Part shown: piece by piece, positions 1 through 7,210 of the stretch
How the letters are laid out: each line of letters starts with the position of its first letter
Numbering within the stretch: position 1 is the first letter of the stretch
Source of the DNA: an uncultured Deinococcales bacterium
Lineage (GTDB): Bacteria > Deinococcota > Deinococci > Deinococcales > JAAFIG01
DNA: 10,663 nt
Assembly: GCA_964244895.1 (NCBI GenBank)
Contig: CAXTKV010000181.1
Location: forward strand, 1 to 10,663
Direction of reading: 5' to 3'
Notes under the pieces: model-generated
The model's database searches: none
Told to the model about the DNA's origin: nothing
Seen by the model: only the letters and a program-made list of their open reading frames with translations
Position numbers and translations under genes: made by a program

Positions 1-29
1 CCGAGGCAAAGTTGTTGGCGCGGCACACC

Positions 30-1001
30 GTGATCGGCACGCGCTGGCTGACCGATTTCGTCTCGCAGGGCGTGGCCGAACCCATTGATGGATACATGAG
101 TCCCGAGTTCAAAAACTCGTTCATCTCCACCTTCCTCAAGCCTTCGGTGCTCGGCGGCAAGACCTACGGCTTGCCGATCGCCGCCTCGGCCCGCGCGATG
201 TACTTCAACAAAGACATTTTGGCGAAGGCTGGACTGAAGACCCCACCGACCACCTGGAACGGCCTATACGCCGCCTGCAAACTGATCGCAGTCAAGGTCA
301 AGGATGCCTACTGCTATGGGCTGCAGGGCAAGGAAGTCGAGACCGACGCATACTGGTATTACGCGCTCTGGAGCTTCGGCGGCGAGATCTTCAACGCGGA
401 CGGCAAGAGCGGCATTAACAGCCCCGAGGCGATCGAGGCCGCCGAGTTCTACTCGAAGCTGGTCAAGGAGAAGCTGACCCAGCCCGGCCCGACCGGATTC
501 AGCCGCGAGAACGTGCAGGACCTTTTCAAGCAGGGCCGCGTGGCCTTCATGATCACGGCGCCCTTCCTGGCCAACCAGATCAAAAAGGAAGCTCCCAAGC
601 TCCAGTACGGCATCACGGCCATACCCAAGGCCAAACGCGCGGCCACCTACGGCGTGACCGATACGATCATGGTCTTCAACAGCTCGAAGGTCAAGAAGGA
701 GGCCTACAGCTTCCTCGAGTACGTCTTCAAGACCGAAAGCCACATCCAGTTCACCAAGGCCGAGGGCTTTTTGCCCGTGCTGAAGGGTGAGGCATCCGAC
801 AGCTACTTCCAGACCAACCCCGAGCTCAAGCCCTTCGCCAACCTCTTGCCGGTCGCCGAGTTCGCGCCGAACGTCGCGAACTGGGAGAAGATGGCCGAGG
901 CCACCTCACGCGCCCTGCAAAACATCTACCTCGGCAAGCAGACGACCAAACAGGCGCTGGACGCCGCTGCCGCCGAGATCAATCAGATCCTCGGCAAGTA
1001 A
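30..1001 (+). CDS. Sugar ABC transporter substrate-binding protein (CUT1/SBP_bac_1 type), 5'-partial
   Basis: ORF 12..1001 has typical sugar-SBP segments (GKTYGLPIAASARAMYFNKDIL, PTTWNGL, LFKQGRVAFMI, C-terminal KQALDAAAAEINQIL) and lies directly upstream of two permeases. There is no signal peptide or N-terminus in the window; recognisable SBP-like sequence starts at about VIGTRW (nt 30). Confidence 0.92.
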   Translation: MIGTRWLTDFVSQGVAEPIDGYMSPEFKNSFISTFLKPSVLGGKTYGLPIAASARAMYFNKDILAKAGLKTPPTTWNGLYAACKLIAVKVKDAYCYGLQGKEVETDAYWYYALWSFGGEIFNADGKSGINSPEAIEAAEFYSKLVKEKLTQPGPTGFSRENVQDLFKQGRVAFMITAPFLANQIKKEAPKLQYGITAIPKAKRAATYGVTDTIMVFNSSKVKKEAYSFLEYVFKTESHIQFTKAEGFLPVLKGEASDSYFQTNPELKPFANLLPVAEFAPNVANWEKMAEATSRALQNIYLGKQTTKQALDAAAAEINQILGK

Positions 1002-1011
1002 TCTCGAGCGC

Positions 1012-1038
1012 GCTCGGGTGGGCACACCCCACCCGAGC
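1012..1038 (+). promoter_or_regulatory. Intercistronic stem-loop after the SBP gene (probable mRNA-stabilising or attenuating hairpin)
   Basis: Perfect 11-bp inverted repeat GCTCGGGTGGG-cacac-CCCACCCGAGC, 10 nt after the SBP stop codon, with no U-tract following. Confidence 0.7.
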
Positions 1039-1193
1039 ATCGATGCGTTCAGTATCAAAACGAGCCGACGCGAAATAAATTGAGAACTCGAGCGCAAGGG
1101 AAGGCCGTCAAGCACACAAACCCGAATCTCGTGTGTATCGGTGTTCTCAAGCGGGAACCTCGGCGAGGGCTGGCGGGCGGCTCGAAAGCGAAA

Positions 1194-2072
1194 ATGAAAC
1201 AAACCCAGAACGCGCTCGCGTATTTGATGCTTTTCCCCAGCCTGGCTCTGACGCTGCTGGTCATGGGCTACCCAGTTTTTGACCTGCTGATGACCGCCAG
1301 CCACCAAGTCAGCCGCTTCGGTGTGGTGCAGGGCTTTACCGGTCTGGCGAACTTCGAGGAGCTGTTCCGCAACCCCCTCTTCTCCGCGGCGCTCTGGCGC
1401 ACCATCGTCTGGACGCTGGCTGTGGTCGGCGGCACGATCCTCGTGTCCACGCCGGTCGCGCTGATCCTCAACGAGAACTTCTACGGGCGCGGTCTGGCTC
1501 GCATGATCGTGATGCTGCCGTGGTCGGTGTCGTTGACCATGACTGCGATCATCTGGCGCTGGGCGCTGAACGGACAGAACGGACAGGTCAACGGCACGCT
1601 CTTCGAGCTCGGCCTGCTCAAAGAACCCGTCGAGTGGCTGGCGACCGCCGACACGAGCTTCCCGATCGCCATCGCCATCGCCATCCTGGTCTCGATCCCG
1701 TACACCGTCACCGTGCTTTTGGGCGGCCTCTCGAGCATTCCCGGCGAGGTCTACGAGGCGGCGAAGATCGACGGCTCGAGGGGGCTGCACCTGCTGGGGA
1801 CGATCACCTTCCCATTGATGCGGTCGTTCTTCACCATCACGGTGGTGATCAACGTCATCAACGTCTTCAACTCCTTTCCAATCATCTGGGTACTGACCGA
1901 GGGTGGCCCGGCCAACGGTACAGACGTGCTCGTCACGTACCTCTACAAGCTCGCGTTTAAATTTGGCGATCTCGGTGAGGCGGGCGCGATGTCGCTCGTG
2001 ATGTTCGCCATCCTACTGGTCTTCAGCCTGACATACCTGTGGGTTTCGAGGAGGAGCGAGGCCGATGCTTAA
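1194..2072 (+). CDS. Carbohydrate ABC transporter permease (MalF/UgpA-like)
   Basis: Hydrophobic TM segments, FTGLANFEELF motif and EAA loop (SIPGEVYEAAKIDGS). Start placed at ATG 1194 (MKQTQNALAYL); the extension to 1080 is not permease-like. Confidence 0.95.
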   Translation: MKQTQNALAYLMLFPSLALTLLVMGYPVFDLLMTASHQVSRFGVVQGFTGLANFEELFRNPLFSAALWRTIVWTLAVVGGTILVSTPVALILNENFYGRGLARMIVMLPWSVSLTMTAIIWRWALNGQNGQVNGTLFELGLLKEPVEWLATADTSFPIAIAIAILVSIPYTVTVLLGGLSSIPGEVYEAAKIDGSRGLHLLGTITFPLMRSFFTITVVINVINVFNSFPIIWVLTEGGPANGTDVLVTYLYKLAFKFGDLGEAGAMSLVMFAILLVFSLTYLWVSRRSEADA

Positions 2073-2886
2073 GCGCTCGATCCTCTATTGGGTGTTGTTG
2101 CTGCCCCTGATCGTGGTGATCCTCTTCCCGTTCGCGGTGATGCTGACCACCGCCCTCAAGCCCTTCGACGAGATCTTTAAGTTCCCGCCGCGCTGGCTGC
2201 CGAGTCACCTCGAGTGGAGAAACTTCGCGGACATGTGGAGCGCCACTAAATTCGGCGGCACGCTGCTCAACAGCCTTCTCGTCAGCGCGCTGACCACGCT
2301 GCTGGCGCTTCTGGTCAGCGCGCCCGCCGCGTATGCGCTGGCGCGGTTCAACTTCAGCGGACGCGACGGCTACCAGCAGTTTCTGCTGTTGACGCAGATG
2401 TTCTCGCCGATCGTGCTGGTGATCGGGTTGTTCCGACTGATCGTCAAGCTCGGCATGGTGGATTCGCTTTTCGCACTCGTGCTGATCTACGCGGTGTTCA
2501 ACATTGCCTTCTCGATCTGGATGCTCAGAAGTTACTTCCAGACGCTTGCCCCCGAACTCGAGGAGGCCGCCTGGATCGACGGCGCGAACCGGGTGCAGAG
2601 CCTCGTGTACATCTTCTTGCCGTTGGCGTTGCCCGCGATCACCGTGGTGGCGCTGTTCGCCTTCATCTTCAGCTGGAATGAATTCGTGCTGGCCCTGACC
2701 TTGTTGCGCAGCGCCGAGAAGCACACCCTGACGCTGGCCGTGTTCTCGCTGGTCGGCGGGCGTTACACGGTCGAATGGAACCAAGTGATGGCCGCGGCTC
2801 TGTGCGCCACGCTGCCCGCCGCCGCCGTATTCATCTACCTGCAACGCTACCTGATTCGCGGCCTGGGGCTGGGCGGTTTCCGTTGA
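2065..2886 (+). CDS. Carbohydrate ABC transporter permease (MalG/UgpE-like)
   Basis: EAA loop ELEEAAWIDGA, FIFSWNEF, PAAYALARFNFSGR, C-terminal QRYLIRGL. GAGGAG upstream; 8-nt overlap with the preceding permease. Confidence 0.96.
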   Translation: MLKRSILYWVLLLPLIVVILFPFAVMLTTALKPFDEIFKFPPRWLPSHLEWRNFADMWSATKFGGTLLNSLLVSALTTLLALLVSAPAAYALARFNFSGRDGYQQFLLLTQMFSPIVLVIGLFRLIVKLGMVDSLFALVLIYAVFNIAFSIWMLRSYFQTLAPELEEAAWIDGANRVQSLVYIFLPLALPAITVVALFAFIFSWNEFVLALTLLRSAEKHTLTLAVFSLVGGRYTVEWNQVMAAALCATLPAAAVFIYLQRYLIRGLGLGGFR

Positions 2887-3560
2887 GCGCTGCATCCCCC
2901 ATCGCCTGCGTCTACCTACACCCGACAATCGAGCACATGCTCGAGGTCGGCGGCGAAATCCGCGGGTGTCGCACGCTGCCCGAAGGCGCAGACCATTCCA
3001 CCGAAAGCTACGGGGATGGCTCAGCCCTCACCAGCGAGCCTCTCATGCCGCTCGAGCGATCAATCCAACTGGACGCGGGCTGGGTGATGATCGGAAGCCT
3101 GCCGCAGGGGCTCGAGCCCACGGACTTCGTGCCGTGGTTCAAGCCTCTGTCGCGCCGCACCTGCGCAGTGGTGGATACCGCCCACCACCCCTTGCGCTCC
3201 GCGCTCCGCGCGGGCGTTCACCTCGTCGAGTGGAGCGCGAAGAAACACGGGGGAACTGATCCGGACGCGCTCGAGATCGTCGCGCATTTCGGCGTGGGGG
3301 TGCTCGAGAACCGTGGAGTCGAAAGCTCGCGCTGCGTTGAATTTGAAAGGGTTCTCGGGTACCCCGCCGTGCTCGCCAAAGCCCTGAATCCGGTCGGCGT
3401 GAGCGACGCGACCTTGACGCCACGACCTACAGCGAAAGCCTCTAAGGCACCCTCTGCTGGGCGGTGGCCCGTAGAACTGCAGCTCGCCTCGAACCGGAGA
3501 CGGGCGCGATCGGGGCAGAGCAGGTTCAAACTTTTCTCGAGGCACAACATGCCCGAGTGG
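2883..3560 (+). pseudogene. Decayed PfkB-family hexose-phosphate kinase (1-phosphofructokinase / tagatose-6-phosphate kinase-like)
   Basis: The TTG start overlaps the permease stop (TTGA). Degenerate PfkB motifs appear in the expected order: IACVYLHPTIEHMLEV (cf. VTLNPAID), IGSLPQG (cf. SGSLPxG), VVDT...LRSAL, NPVGVSDA (cf. VGAGD). A C-terminal-like segment (AARLEPETGAIGAEQVQTFL) is in another frame. The GGKGxNVA region is missing, implying an internal deletion. End approximate. Confidence 0.75.
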
Positions 3561-3840
3561 GTGCTGGGACTCGACGGCGAGTGCTCAAACCCGCGTTCGC
3601 TCCGGGCGCGCGGGACGGAACGGTACACGGCCCGTACTCGTTCGAGGGCACCAACGCGCTCGAACAACGCGCCGGGGGCGAACGGCTGCGCGCTGCTCGA
3701 GTCCGCGCGAGCCAGAGGCTCAGGCTCGGCGCGAAATGACGTGGCGGTCGCTTTCGCGGGCGCGTTGCCAGGCCGGTTGGTTCATCACTCACGCTTGCCT
3801 CGAGCGGAGCGCTCGGGCCCTCAGGAGGACTGAAGTATGA
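3549..3840 (+). pseudogene. Decayed BadF/BadG/BcrA/BcrD-type sugar kinase (N-acetylglucosamine kinase-like), internally deleted
   Basis: ATG 3549 with GAGG upstream. MPEWVLGLDGECS resembles the vLGlDgGgS phosphate-1 loop. After a frameshift it continues AFAPGARDGTVHGPYSFEGTNALEQ, then VAVAFAGALPG. A terminal frame (AGWFITHACLERSARALRRTEV*) ends in an ATGA overlap with the SIS start. Only about 290 nt remain. Confidence 0.62.
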
Positions 3841-4820
3841 CTCGAGAACGCGTCTTGAACCCAACGGAACGCAGCATCGCCGAGCAGTTCGGCTACTGGC
3901 GGCAGGCCCTCGAGCTCGACCTCAGCGTCGCCACCCTCGAGCCGGGCGCGAGCATCGCCATCGTCGGCTGCGGCACCTCGTACTACCTGGCTCAAACGAT
4001 CGCGAGCGCACTCTCGGCGCACGGCCAGCGGGCCATCGCCGTGCCGGGCGGCGAGTGGAACCTGCACGCCGAGAACTTCCTGCCGTCCTCCGAATCGACT
4101 CAGGTGATCGCCGTTTCGAGGAGCGGCGACACCACCGAGACTGTACAGGCCGCTCAGCGCAGCCGCGCGCTCGGTCAGCGCGTGATCGGCATCACCTGCG
4201 AGGCGGGCAGCGCCCTCACCCGAGCGGTGGGCGTCAGCCTGTTCGCGCAGACGCACCCGGACGAGGACATCGTCATGACCTCTTCAGCCAGTTTGATGCT
4301 GCTCATCGGGTTGGGCATCGCTGGGGCAAGACTGCCCTCGAGCGGCGTGAATGCCGCCGAGGCGCTACTCGAGCGGGCCGCGCCGCACCTCGACGAGCTT
4401 CTGGCGGGGTGTTCGCACTTCGTCTACCTCGGCAGCGGGCCGCTCTACGGTCTGGCCAACGAAGGGGCGCTGAAGTTGATGGAAATGAGCCTCAGCTACT
4501 CGCAGGCCTACCACCCGCTCGAGTACCGCCACGGCCCGATCTCGCTTCTCGACGAGCGCACGCTCGCGGTGATGCTCTACCACCCCGACACTCGCGACGT
4601 GGAAGCCCGACTGGTCGGCGAATTGCAGGGCAAGGGGGCGCGCGTCCTCGGCCTCGGTGGCCCCGGCGACCTCAGCCTCGAACTGCCCGATCTCGAACCC
4701 GCCCTGCGCGGCCTGGTGGCGCTGCCGACGCTCCAGTGGCTGGGTGAGAGGGTCGCACAAATGAAGGGCCTGGACACGCGCGCGCCGCGCCACCTGACCA
4801 AGGTCGTGAAACTCGCGTGA
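3837..4820 (+). CDS. SIS-domain sugar-phosphate isomerase/deaminase (GlmS C-terminal / AgaS / GlmD-like)
   Basis: AGGAGG RBS at 3823-3828. Motifs VGCGTSYY, VSRSGDTTET, YLGSG, EGALKLMEMS, EYRHGP and a GlmS-like tail PRHLTKVV. 327 aa with no glutaminase domain. Confidence 0.93.
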   Translation: MTRERVLNPTERSIAEQFGYWRQALELDLSVATLEPGASIAIVGCGTSYYLAQTIASALSAHGQRAIAVPGGEWNLHAENFLPSSESTQVIAVSRSGDTTETVQAAQRSRALGQRVIGITCEAGSALTRAVGVSLFAQTHPDEDIVMTSSASLMLLIGLGIAGARLPSSGVNAAEALLERAAPHLDELLAGCSHFVYLGSGPLYGLANEGALKLMEMSLSYSQAYHPLEYRHGPISLLDERTLAVMLYHPDTRDVEARLVGELQGKGARVLGLGGPGDLSLELPDLEPALRGLVALPTLQWLGERVAQMKGLDTRAPRHLTKVVKLA

Positions 4821-4830
4821 ACGCGATGGT

Positions 4831-5129
4831 TGATCGCTACGAGATTTCGTGAACGTTCAGGACAGAAGTTGATGCTTCTCCTCGAACACGACCGGTGCCA
4901 CGATGCCGAGCCTCGAGCGACGACGCTCGCGGTTGTTCCGGACGTCAATCCATACAAACACCACCGCCCGAGTTTCGCCCCGAGTTCCAATCGCCATCTC
5001 GCGGTTCAGTTCGCCTTTCGATGTCCCGAATACGCGCTCAGCCACCGCGTGATCCCAACGACTCCTGTCTCGGCTCATCCTCGACATCGCGCCGAACTCC
5101 TCGGGCGCCACGCGACGACACCGAGTTGC
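4831..5129 (-). mobile_element. Degenerate IS3-family remnant (3' end of orfB plus right inverted repeat)
   Basis: ORF 4857..5111 (MSRDRSRWDHAVAERVFGTSKGEL...RAVVFVWIDVRNNRERRRSRLGIVAPVVFE) aligns by eye with the IS3 orfB C-terminus at 9803..10111. It is followed by a degenerate IRR (CGTTCACGAAATCTCGTAGCGATCA) ending in CA at 4831. Confidence 0.85.
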
Positions 5130-5909
5130 CTAGAGCGCCAGAGCACTCAGCCACGCCTCGAAGGTTGGACCCGCCAGCAGCGCGTTTGAACCGGGCAGCA
5201 GGCCACCGTCCAGATTCAGGGCTCGGTCTGGGTCGCTCGCATCGATCACACCCTCGATTCGCACTTGGTCGCCGTGCCGAGCCGCAAACAGCCTCGCCAT
5301 TGCGACCAGGTTTTCCTCCCTCGGACCGCCCATTTCCGTGATGGCTACCTCACTCGCCTCAGGCGTGGACTCGAGACCCGTAGCGAGGTCGACGAGGCGG
5401 CGAGCGACCGTCCTGGCGGACACCAGTTGTGTCCGCATTTCTGGCACGCAGCACACCCCGTCCCGCCTGTCCCATTCCATGACCTGCGGGACGAACTCGT
5501 GAAACTGGGTCGCCCGCAGAATGCGGACTGGAATTGACCCGGACAGCAAAACCAGTTCATGCGCGCGCTTAGCTGCACCGTAACCTGCGGTGTAGCGGTC
5601 GCAGCCGACGATAGACACCGCGACGATTCGGTTTACGCCAGCCCGAGCCCCGAACTCGTGCAGGTTGCGAGCTGAGGTGGTGAAAAACGCTGTCGCCTCC
5701 ATTTGGTCTGCCGAAGCGGTGGTGGCGGTGTCGATGATGCACACCACGCCCGACAGGGCATCCGCCAGACCCGCTGTGGTGATGACGTTCGCGCCACTCG
5801 AGCGCGATAGGGCGACTGCGTCATATCCCGCCAATTTGAGCAGCTCGACGACATGCCGTCCAACTCTTCCGGTGGCTCCAACGACGGCCACTTTCATCGC
5901 GGTTTTCAC
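5130..5909 (-). CDS. NAD(P)H-binding protein, NmrA/atypical SDR family
   Basis: Rossmann motif VAVVGATGRVG, VSIVG, YGAAK, ILRATQFHEF. AGGAGG (5916-5921) is best spaced for GTG 5909; alternative starts are 5915 and 5897. Confidence 0.9.
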   Translation of the reverse strand: MKTAMKVAVVGATGRVGRHVVELLKLAGYDAVALSRSSGANVITTAGLADALSGVVCIIDTATTASADQMEATAFFTTSARNLHEFGARAGVNRIVAVSIVGCDRYTAGYGAAKRAHELVLLSGSIPVRILRATQFHEFVPQVMEWDRRDGVCCVPEMRTQLVSARTVARRLVDLATGLESTPEASEVAITEMGGPREENLVAMARLFAARHGDQVRIEGVIDASDPDRALNLDGGLLPGSNALLAGPTFEAWLSALAL

Positions 5910-6322
5910 GATCATCCTCCTGCGTTGCCCAACGTCGCCACCCGCCGAAGCGTTCTCGAAATCGGACGTGGTGAGTCAATGTCCCGTTGAGTGTGCAATT
6001 TATACTCTAGGCGGTCAGGCTGGAAGCGAGCGCGAAGTTCACCTGCACATTTTGGATGGAGCAGGGCCGCATCGAGCGATCCTCTCGAACGGAGTCTCCC
6101 GCGATGAACCTTCGAGAAATACCTTGCTCACCGCCCCTGACACCTGCTGGCGCGGATGACGCTTCAGTGCGTATCGCAGCTCCCCTGTCGCACGACGAGC
6201 CTTCGATTTTGACCAGCGATGCCAGCGCACAGAAGGCGATCACCGACGGAGGCCTCCCATGAAACTGAGTTCAATGGCCTAAAAATGGGTTGAGCCCGAC
6301 TGGCGCTCCACGCACGCATCGG

Positions 6323-7021
6323 CTACTTCAGTTGGGTGTAGAACAGGGCTGGATCAGCGGACAGTGAGGCCTTGACATGGGCGCTCCAGTCGTCGGCGAT
6401 GACCTCGAGTCTGCCCGCTTCCACGCCGTCCAACGCAGCCTTGACCACCAGAGCCGGGGCCATCTTCTCACCTTCGTAGCTGGCCGTCATGTCGGTATCG
6501 GCGGCACCCAGGTGCAGCCCTGTGACCTGCGTGCCTTGGCCCGCCAGTTCGAGACGAATACTGTTGGTCAGGCTCCACTCGGCGGCCTTGGAGGCGGAGT
6601 AGCTGTTCGAGCCGTCTACCGAGAACCAGGACAAGGCTGAGAGAACGTTCAAGATAGCCCCACCGCCGTTGCTGGCCAGCACCGGGCCGAAGGCACGAAC
6701 CACCTCCAGCGTCCCGAAATAGTTGGTGTCCATGTCCTTGCGGATCAGGTTCAGGTCACCGCTCACGAGCGGCTGCCAACTGCTGATGCCTGCGTTGTTG
6801 ACCAGCAGGCTGACATCCGTGGCGATGACCGACGCCGACGCGATCGAAGCTGGGTCGGTCAGGTCGAGTCTCAGGATTTCCGCGCCGGGAATCCTGACGA
6901 GTTCGGGGGTGCGGGCCGTGGCGTAGACCTTGGCCCCCCGAGCCAGGAGCGCTTCGGCGAAGTGGCGACCCAGGCCACGGTTGGCACCGGTAACGAGAGC
7001 GACCGTTTGAGAAATGTTCAT
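6323..7021 (-). CDS. Classical short-chain dehydrogenase/reductase (SDR)
   Basis: TGANRGLG, NNAG, catalytic YSASK. AAGGAG RBS 6 nt before ATG 7021 (MNISQTVALV); 232 aa. Confidence 0.95.
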   Translation of the reverse strand: MNISQTVALVTGANRGLGRHFAEALLARGAKVYATARTPELVRIPGAEILRLDLTDPASIASASVIATDVSLLVNNAGISSWQPLVSGDLNLIRKDMDTNYFGTLEVVRAFGPVLASNGGGAILNVLSALSWFSVDGSNSYSASKAAEWSLTNSIRLELAGQGTQVTGLHLGAADTDMTASYEGEKMAPALVVKAALDGVEAGRLEVIADDWSAHVKASLSADPALFYTQLK

Positions 7022-7070
7022 CTCGGACTCCTTTGTCGGGTGAGCGCAACCTCGCCTCCCGATACTCAAC

Positions 7071-7100
7071 ACTGTATGAAGCAAGCGATCGTATGGTCAA
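7071..7100 (-). promoter_or_regulatory. Putative sigma70-type promoter of the SDR gene
   Basis: Minus strand TTGACC (7100-7095), 18-nt spacer, TACAGT (7076-7071), about 50 nt upstream of the ATG. Confidence 0.55.
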
Positions 7101-7175
7101 TGATTAAAACGCTCAAAAACATGTCCATCTGCCTCAAGCACGTGGTGATTGCGCCCTTTCAAGTATGGTTTCGCA

Positions 7176-7204
7176 TTGACGCCGCGTGCCGCGTTCGCTA
7201 GACT
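7176..7204 (+). promoter_or_regulatory. Putative sigma70-type promoter giving a leaderless AraC-regulator transcript
   Basis: TTGACG (7176-7181), 17-nt spacer, TAGACT (7199-7204), then 6 nt to the GTG start at 7211; no Shine-Dalgarno sequence. Confidence 0.7.
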
Positions 7205-7210
7205 CGGGCG

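Noticed and set aside
1012..1038. Rho-independent terminator
   Set aside because: The stem is strong but has no U-tract and lies inside an operon, so it is recorded as a stabilising hairpin instead.
1080..1193. N-terminal extension of the first permease
   Set aside because: TTG start without an RBS and a non-permease-like sequence; ATG 1194 gives a normal length.
1665..1685. (ATCGCC)x3.5 tandem repeat
   Set aside because: It simply encodes IAIAIAI in a transmembrane helix; it is in frame and too short to suggest phase variation.
906..2928. Long minus-strand ORFs 906..1790 and 2023..2928
   Set aside because: They are antisense shadows of the permease genes, typical of GC-rich codon bias, with no recognisable motifs.
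2775..3833. 352-aa ORF as a genuine novel protein
   Set aside because: It overlaps the permease by 112 nt and is explained as a mosaic of PfkB and BadF relics whose homology switches frames.
6007..6262. Small ORFs 6056..6262 (+), 6007..6243 (-) and 6039..6230 (-)
   Set aside because: No convincing RBS, motif or codon bias; they overlap one another.
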